From IMG/VR virus record IMGVR_UViG_2700989509_000016: a DNA stretch of 6,977 nt. One strand, 5' to 3'. A program made the position numbers and the translations under genes. Below the pieces are notes generated by a model, which was not told the origin of the DNA, did not search any database, and saw only the letters and a list, made by a program, of their open reading frames with translations. Within the stretch, counting starts at the first letter, position 1. Every line of letters starts with the position of its first letter. Below, in pieces: positions 1 through 6,977 of the stretch. This DNA comes from a virus. Its lineage: Duplodnaviria; Heunggongvirae; Uroviricota; Caudoviricetes.

Positions 1-589
1 CTTCTGCTGCACTTTGTGATGACTCACTGGCTTTTTGAGCGGCCGCAGAAGCCGAGGACGAGGACGCATCCTCTGACTGCTTTGCTGAGGCTGCACTTTC
101 TGCCGCCTGCCGGGCTGACTCCGATGCCTCCCCTGCTGAAGTGTCAGCATTTGCAGCGCTCTCTTCTGCCTGACTGGCTGATATGCCGGCATTCCTCGCT
201 GACGTCTCCGCCTCTCCGGCATTCTTCTTCGCCTCCTCAGCGTGACGCGCCGCTTCTTCCACCATCAGTTCAAAACGACGCAGTGCCTCCGGCCGGACGT
301 CATCCTCCGACATGGCACCGAGAAAATCATTCAGCGTACCCGGTTGAGAATCTTCATACACGGTGATGGTCCCGGCATGTGACGGCGGGAATCCTTCCAC
401 CAACAGAATGACGCTGTACTGACCGTACTCAACGTCCATGCTGTAACGACCGGCTTCATCCGGATTTTCAGAGGCCACCGTGTTCACCACCACCGTGCTG
501 CTGGTCCGTCTGGCTTTCAGTTGAATGGTGCAGTTCTCTACCGGTTTTCCTGTGCCGTCTTTCAGTACACCTGAAATCTTTACTGCCAT
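1..589 (-). CDS. stf: Side tail fiber protein Stf, N-terminal part (5' partial in window: start codon at 587-589, gene runs off the left edge)
   Basis: Minus-strand translation from ATG (revcomp of 587-589) is open for 196 codons to the window edge: MAVKISGVLKDGTGKPVENCTIQLKARRTSSTVVVNTVASENPDEAGRYSMDVEYGQYSVILLVEGFPPSHAGTITVYEDSQPGTLNDFLGAMSEDDVRPEALRRFELMVEEAARHAEEAKKNAGEAETSARNAGISASQAEESAANADTSAGEASESARQAAESAASAKQSEDASSSSASAAAQKASESSQSAAE. The first ~100 aa closely match my memory of lambda Stf (orf-401), followed by the Ala/Ser/Glu-rich shaft repeats typical of Stf. GGGGTGA Shine-Dalgarno about 5 nt upstream. Position after lom matches lambda gene order. Absent from the ORF track, which lists no ORF that runs off the window edge. 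Confidence 0.85.
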   Translation of the reverse strand, partial: MAVKISGVLKDGTGKPVENCTIQLKARRTSSTVVVNTVASENPDEAGRYSMDVEYGQYSVILLVEGFPPSHAGTITVYEDSQPGTLNDFLGAMSEDDVRPEALRRFELMVEEAARHAEEAKKNAGEAETSARNAGISASQAEESAANADTSAGEASESARQAAESAASAKQSEDASSSSASAAAQKASESSQSAAE

Positions 590-600
590 ATTCACCCCAC

Positions 601-627
601 AAAAAAGCCCGCCTGAACCGGCGGGCT
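601..627 (-). terminator. Rho-independent terminator downstream of lom (minus strand)
   Basis: Perfect 8-bp GC-rich stem (606-613 pairs with 620-627; core GCCCGCC / GGCGGGC) with a 6-nt loop, followed on the minus strand by a T-run (plus-strand AAAAAA at 601-606). Lies 27 nt after the lom stop codon. Confidence 0.6.
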
Positions 628-653
628 GTCATAACACTGTGTTACCTGGCTAA

Positions 654-1253
654 TCAGAACTTATAACCGACACCCACGATGAAACCGTCAGTGCGCCAGT
701 CGCCACTGCCGGAGCCTTCATAAGCGACATCAATGGCCACGGATTCGGTCGGGTTAAACTGCACGCCAGCTCCCCACGCCAGAGACGTGTTGCTGTGGCG
801 ACCGTCATCACTTCCGGTCAGCACATCGTGCGTTTTCCCCTTGTTGTCAGTTACGCGAAGATAATCCCCGGAGAAAGTCGACACACGGCTGTAAGCCACA
901 CCCGCCATCGCATACGCGCTGAACCATTCATTCACGCGTACAGACGGCCCCGCCATCACGCTGAACCAGCGGTTACGCACGGAATCTTCATGCCAGCGGG
1001 TATCGCTGTAACGGGTAAGCTGGCGATTCTTGTCTCCTGCATAGCTGAATGACGTCACCATTCCCAGAGTGTCCGTAAACTCATAACGGTATTTCACGTT
1101 AATCCCGTTCAGATCATCGCTGCCGGAAACGTTCGTCGAGGCATGAAGATAGCCCGCGCTCAGCGTGGACTGATGTTCAGACGCCCATGCAGGCGCACCG
1201 GATACGGCCAGACAGATGGCTGCGGACAAAATGGCGGCATAAAGTTTACGCAT
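654..1253 (-). CDS. lom: Outer membrane protein Lom (Ail/Lom/PagC family beta-barrel), prophage moron
   Basis: 199-aa ORF with an N-terminal signal peptide ([24 protein letters not shown]) and the C-terminal beta-strand [23 protein letters not shown] ending in Phe, matching my memory of lambda Lom. Internal blocks GINVKYRYE and SVMAGP...AYAMAGVA also match. GAGG Shine-Dalgarno upstream. Sits immediately downstream of J as in lambda. Confidence 0.93.
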
Positions 1254-1274
1254 AATTACCTCTCGCTTTTCTGC

Positions 1275-1301
1275 AATAAAAAAGGCGTCATTTCTGACGC
1301 C
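1275..1301 (-). terminator. Rho-independent terminator between J and lom (minus strand)
   Basis: Hairpin GGCGTCA (1284-1290) / TGACGCC (1295-1301) with a 4-nt loop, followed on the minus strand by TTTTTTATT (plus-strand AATAAAAAA at 1275-1283). Located 18 nt after the J stop codon and directly ahead of the lom ribosome-binding site. Confidence 0.6.
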
Positions 1302-1319
1302 CGTTATGGGTTATAAAAT

Positions 1320-4721
<3,402 letters not shown>

Positions 4722-4740
4722 TCACGCTCCATAAACGACA

Positions 4741-4760
4741 AAACCGCCCGCAGGCGGTTT
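4741..4760 (-). other. Perfect palindromic hairpin in the I-J intergenic region
   Basis: AAACCGCC (4741-4748) / GGCGGTTT (4753-4760) with a 4-nt loop CGCA. Sits between the I stop (4779-4781) and the J ribosome-binding site. No strong T-run on either strand, so not called as a terminator. Confidence 0.35.
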
Positions 4761-4778
4761 CACATAAAACATTTTTCA

Positions 4779-5420
4779 TCAGCGACCAATCACCACAACC
4801 TGACCACCATCACCTTCATCTGCTGTGCTGATCTCCTGAGATACCACCCGCGACCCCACACGCATTTCACCGTACAGAACGGGCAGGACATTGCCCTGGG
4901 CAACCATATTATCCAGTGAAGAAAAATAGGTGTTCTGTTTGCCGTTATCCGTTGTCTGTGTGCGGGGGGTTTTGGGTTTAGGGGCCAGCATCTGTGCAAC
5001 ACCGCCAAGCGTCATACTGGCACCGAGAGAAAACAGCAGATTACTCGCCATAATTCCTACCCCCGGCATCCATATAGCAACCGCCATAACAGCCGCCCCC
5101 AGCACAGCCTGAAACACACCGCCACTTTTGGCTCCTGCCAGACGCGGCACGATATGGATCACAGCACCATTTGCCAGCGGTTCATTAAGACGGGCTGATA
5201 ATTCATTTTCGCCTGCATCACGCCCGGCAATCCGTACCTGATACCAGCCGTCACTCAGTTTCTGACGAAACACCGGGAGCTGTGTGGCCAGTGCGCGGAT
5301 GGCTTCAGCCCCCGTTTTCACACGAAGGTCGATGCGGCGGCCAAATCGTTGCAAATCCCCGTAAAGGCAGATGCGCGCCATGCCCGGTGACGCCAGAGGG
5401 AGTGTGTGCGTCGCTGCCAT
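4779..5420 (-). CDS. I: Tail tip assembly protein I
   Basis: 213-aa ORF. The N-terminus MAATHTLPLASPGMARICLYGDLQRFGRRIDLRVKTGAEAIRALATQL and C-terminus TPRTQTTDNGKQNTYFSSLDNMVAQGNVLPVLYGEMRVGSRVVSQEISTADEGDGGQVVVIGR match lambda gpI as I recall it. Its 5' end overlaps the 3' end of K by 103 nt in a different frame, the same arrangement as lambda K/I. Confidence 0.9.
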   Translation of the reverse strand: MAATHTLPLASPGMARICLYGDLQRFGRRIDLRVKTGAEAIRALATQLPVFRQKLSDGWYQVRIAGRDAGENELSARLNEPLANGAVIHIVPRLAGAKSGGVFQAVLGAAVMAVAIWMPGVGIMASNLLFSLGASMTLGGVAQMLAPKPKTPRTQTTDNGKQNTYFSSLDNMVAQGNVLPVLYGEMRVGSRVVSQEISTADEGDGGQVVVIGR

Positions 5421-5917
5421 TTGTCGGTATACCTCTCTCGTTTGCTCAGTTGTTCAGGAATATGGTGCAGCAGCTCGCCGTCACCACAGTAAATGGCGGC
5501 ATGATTCGGCACCGATGAACCAAAACAGCACAGCAGCACATCGCCCGGCTGCGCCGCTGACAACGGCACCTGATACAGCCCTGTGGCCTCCAGATTATCC
5601 AGATAGAGATTCTGACCGTGACGCCACCAGTCATCCTCGCGGTGAAAATCCGGAATCTCAATCCCCGCCAGATGGTAAGCATCCCGGAACAGCGTGTAAC
5701 AGTCCGTCACCCCGTGCTCAAAGCGCCGCCCGGTAAGATGCGGCACACAGCGGAACTTGTGAATCGCCCCCCGGCAGACCAGCCACCACGGCAAATCACT
5801 CTGCACCTGCAGCCGCCGGTCAGCCTCACTCAGCCAGGGCAGACCACCGGGATGACTGTGGACCAGCGCCACAATCTCACCCTGCATTTCTGCCTGCAGC
5901 CAGTCTTCCGGCGACAT
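5318..5917 (-). CDS. K: Tail tip assembly protein K (MPN/JAMM metalloprotease-like plus NlpC/P60 domains)
   Basis: Matches lambda gpK as I recall it, taking the ATG at 5915-5917 as the start (199 aa, MSPEDWLQAEMQGEIVALVHSHPGG...). Contains a JAMM motif H-x-H-x7-S-x2-D (HSHPGGLPWLSEAD) and an NlpC/P60-like Cys/His (GVTDCYTLF ... VPNHAAIY). The ORF track extends it 12 codons upstream to a GTG at 5953, which I consider less likely. Confidence 0.88.
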   Translation of the reverse strand: MSPEDWLQAEMQGEIVALVHSHPGGLPWLSEADRRLQVQSDLPWWLVCRGAIHKFRCVPHLTGRRFEHGVTDCYTLFRDAYHLAGIEIPDFHREDDWWRHGQNLYLDNLEATGLYQVPLSAAQPGDVLLCCFGSSVPNHAAIYCGDGELLHHIPEQLSKRERYTDKWQRRTHSLWRHRAWRASAFTGICNDLAAASTFV

Positions 5918-5968
5918 ACGGAAATACGCCTCCGGCTCACCGGAGATATTCACGCAGGGGAAATATCT

Positions 5969-5990
5969 GTAAGCGTACAGCCTGAACCGT
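5969..5990 (+). repeat. Putative left terminal inverted repeat (IRL) of the IS66-family element
   Basis: Starts with GTAAGCG. The exact length cannot be determined because the right end (IRR) is outside the window. A short internal palindrome GTCAGA-A-TCTGAC lies just inside at 5994-6006. Confidence 0.45.
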
Positions 5991-6039
5991 CTGGTCAGAA
6001 TCTGACGAATTAGACAAAGTGGTGTCCACCAAATAAGTA

Positions 6040-6441
6040 GTGGGAACCAAAGTATCAGATATGCAGAAAAATGTGACTCCCGGCAGGCGAAAAGGCTGCC
6101 CTAATTATCCTCCCGAATTTAAACAGCAGCTCGTTGCTGCCTCCTGTGAACCCGGGATATCCATCTCAAAACTTGCTCTTGAAAATGGCATTAACGCCAA
6201 TCTGTTGTTCAAATGGCGACAACAATGGCGCGAGGGAAAGCTGCTATTACCTTCTTCAGAGAGCCCCCAGCTACTTCCTGTGACTCTCGATGCAGCTGCC
6301 GAACAGCCAGAATCGCTCGCAGAGGACCCGGAAACCCTCAGTATCAGCTGTGAGGTAACGTTCCGGCACGGGACGCTCCGCTTCAATGGCAATGTCAGCG
6401 AAAAGCTCCTGACTCTGCTGATACAGGAACTGAAGCGATGA
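6040..6441 (+). CDS. tnpA: IS66-family accessory protein OrfA (TnpA, helix-turn-helix)
   Basis: ORF-track 133-aa protein MGTKVSDMQKNVTPGRRKGCPNYPPEFKQQLVAASCEPGISISKLALENGINANLLFKWRQQW..., recognisable as IS66/ISEc8-type OrfA. The start is uncertain: 6040 is a GTG, and the first ATG is at 6061 (which would give 126 aa, MQKNVTPG...). Stop TGA at 6439-6441 overlaps the orfB ATG. Confidence 0.82.
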   Translation: MGTKVSDMQKNVTPGRRKGCPNYPPEFKQQLVAASCEPGISISKLALENGINANLLFKWRQQWREGKLLLPSSESPQLLPVTLDAAAEQPESLAEDPETLSISCEVTFRHGTLRFNGNVSEKLLTLLIQELKR

Positions 6442-6785
6442 TCCCGTTACCTTCCGGGACCAAAATTTGGCTGGTTGCCGGTATCACCGATATGAGAAAT
6501 GGCTTCAACGGCCTGGCTGCGAAAGTACAGACGGCGCTGAAAGACGATCCCATGTCCGGCCATGTTTTCATTTTCCGGGGCCGCAGCGGCAGTCAGGTTA
6601 AACTGCTGTGGTCCACCGGTGACGGGCTGTGCCTCCTGACCAAACGGCTGGAGCGTGGGCGCTTCGCCTGGCCGTCAGCCCGTGATGGCAAAGTGTTCCT
6701 TACGCAGGCGCAGCTGGCGATGCTGCTGGAAGGTATCGACTGGCGACAGCCTAAGCGGCTGCTGACCTCCCTGACCATGCTGTAA
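6438..6785 (+). CDS. tnpB: IS66-family OrfB (TnpB, IS66 Orf2-like protein)
   Basis: 115-aa ORF MIPLPSGTKIWLVAGITDMRNGFNGLAAKVQTALKDDPMSGHVFIFRGRSGSQVKLLWSTGDGLCLLTKRLERGRFAWPS..., the conserved IS66 OrfB family sequence. ATGA start/stop overlap with orfA indicates translational coupling. Confidence 0.9.
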   Translation: MIPLPSGTKIWLVAGITDMRNGFNGLAAKVQTALKDDPMSGHVFIFRGRSGSQVKLLWSTGDGLCLLTKRLERGRFAWPSARDGKVFLTQAQLAMLLEGIDWRQPKRLLTSLTML

Positions 6786-6812
6786 ATCTCTTTATCCTGG
6801 TTGTCACAGAAT

Positions 6813-6834
6813 AAGCCCGGTAAAATACGGGCTT
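6813..6834 (+). other. Stem-loop immediately abutting the orfC start codon
   Basis: AAGCCCG (6813-6819) / CGGGCTT (6828-6834) with an 8-nt loop GTAAAATA. The stem ends 1 nt before the ATG at 6835, so it would occlude the ribosome-binding region of the transposase gene. Confidence 0.35.
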
Positions 6835-6977
6835 ATGAACGACATCTCTTCTGACGACATCTTCCTGCTGAAACAGCGCCTGGCCGAACAGGAAGCGCTG
6901 ATCCACGCCCTGCAGGAAAAGCTGAGCAACCGGGAGCGCGAAATAGACCATCTGCAGGCGCAGCTGGATAAACTCCG
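6835..6977 (+). CDS. tnpC: IS66-family transposase OrfC (TnpC), N-terminal 47 codons; 3' partial at window edge
   Basis: ATG at 6835 followed by MNDISSDDIFLLKQRLAEQEALIHALQEKLSNREREIDHLQAQLDKL, a leucine-zipper-like coiled-coil N-terminus characteristic of IS66 transposases. Position after orfA/orfB matches IS66 architecture. Absent from the ORF track, which lists no ORF that runs off the window edge. Confidence 0.85.
   Translation, partial: MNDISSDDIFLLKQRLAEQEALIHALQEKLSNREREIDHLQAQLDKL

Larger units (their letters stand above)
5969..6977 (+). mobile_element. IS66-family insertion sequence (ISEc8-like), left end and first ~1 kb; continues beyond the right edge
   Basis: Sequence from 5969 begins GTAAGCGTACAGCCTGAACC, the GTAA-type terminus typical of IS66-family inverted repeats. 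It is followed by the three-ORF IS66 organisation: a small orfA, an orfB overlapping it by ATGA, and the start of a large orfC transposase. Lambda-like sequence ends abruptly at the junction. Confidence 0.85.

Noticed and set aside
16-366. 116-aa plus-strand ORF at the left edge
   Set aside because: Antisense to the stf N-terminal coding sequence. Pro/Leu/Ser/Arg-rich composition with no motif. The minus strand here encodes a clear Stf match.
795-1052. 85-aa plus-strand ORF
   Set aside because: Completely inside and antisense to lom; shadow ORF.
5918-5953. 12-codon N-terminal extension of K from a GTG start, as in the ORF track
   Set aside because: The ATG at 5915-5917 reproduces the 199-aa length and MSPEDWLQ N-terminus of lambda gpK as I recall it. 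The extension merely reflects an open frame running into the IS junction.
4790-6013. Short ORFs on both strands inside I and K (4790-5008 minus, 4930-5112 plus, 5282-5518 plus, 5371-5736 plus, 5446-5682 minus, 5618-6013 plus)
   Set aside because: All overlap the I and K genes in other frames or antisense. The only biologically supported overlap here is the K/I one.
5961-6040. Possible outward-facing promoter in the IS left end reading toward K
   Set aside because: Only weak -35/-10-like hexamers (for example CTGACC ... TACGCT) with poor matches to consensus. Too speculative to annotate without transcript data.
6105-6951. Minus-strand ORFs 6105-6392, 6593-6778 and 6751-6951 inside the IS
   Set aside because: Antisense to IS66 orfA, orfB and orfC respectively; no support as genes.

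Overview
This window is the distal end of a lambda-like prophage tail gene cluster, with an IS66-family insertion sequence at its upstream side. The tail genes are all on the minus strand in the canonical lambda order K, I, J, lom, stf, and the translated proteins match my memory of lambda gpK, gpI, gpJ, Lom and the Stf N-terminus. Rho-independent terminators sit after J and after lom. From about 5969 to the right edge the sequence is an IS66-family element on the plus strand (overlapping orfA/orfB, then the start of the large transposase orfC). Its left end lies about 51 bp upstream of the K start codon, so K-I-J are cut off from whatever lies upstream. I found no CRISPR, tRNA or rRNA, and no convincing evidence of a novel defence or anti-defence system. 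The most notable signals are the IS insertion in the tail operon, a divergent C-terminal receptor-binding region in J, and the terminator-bracketed lom moron. All homology statements rest on recall of reference proteins, not on a search.
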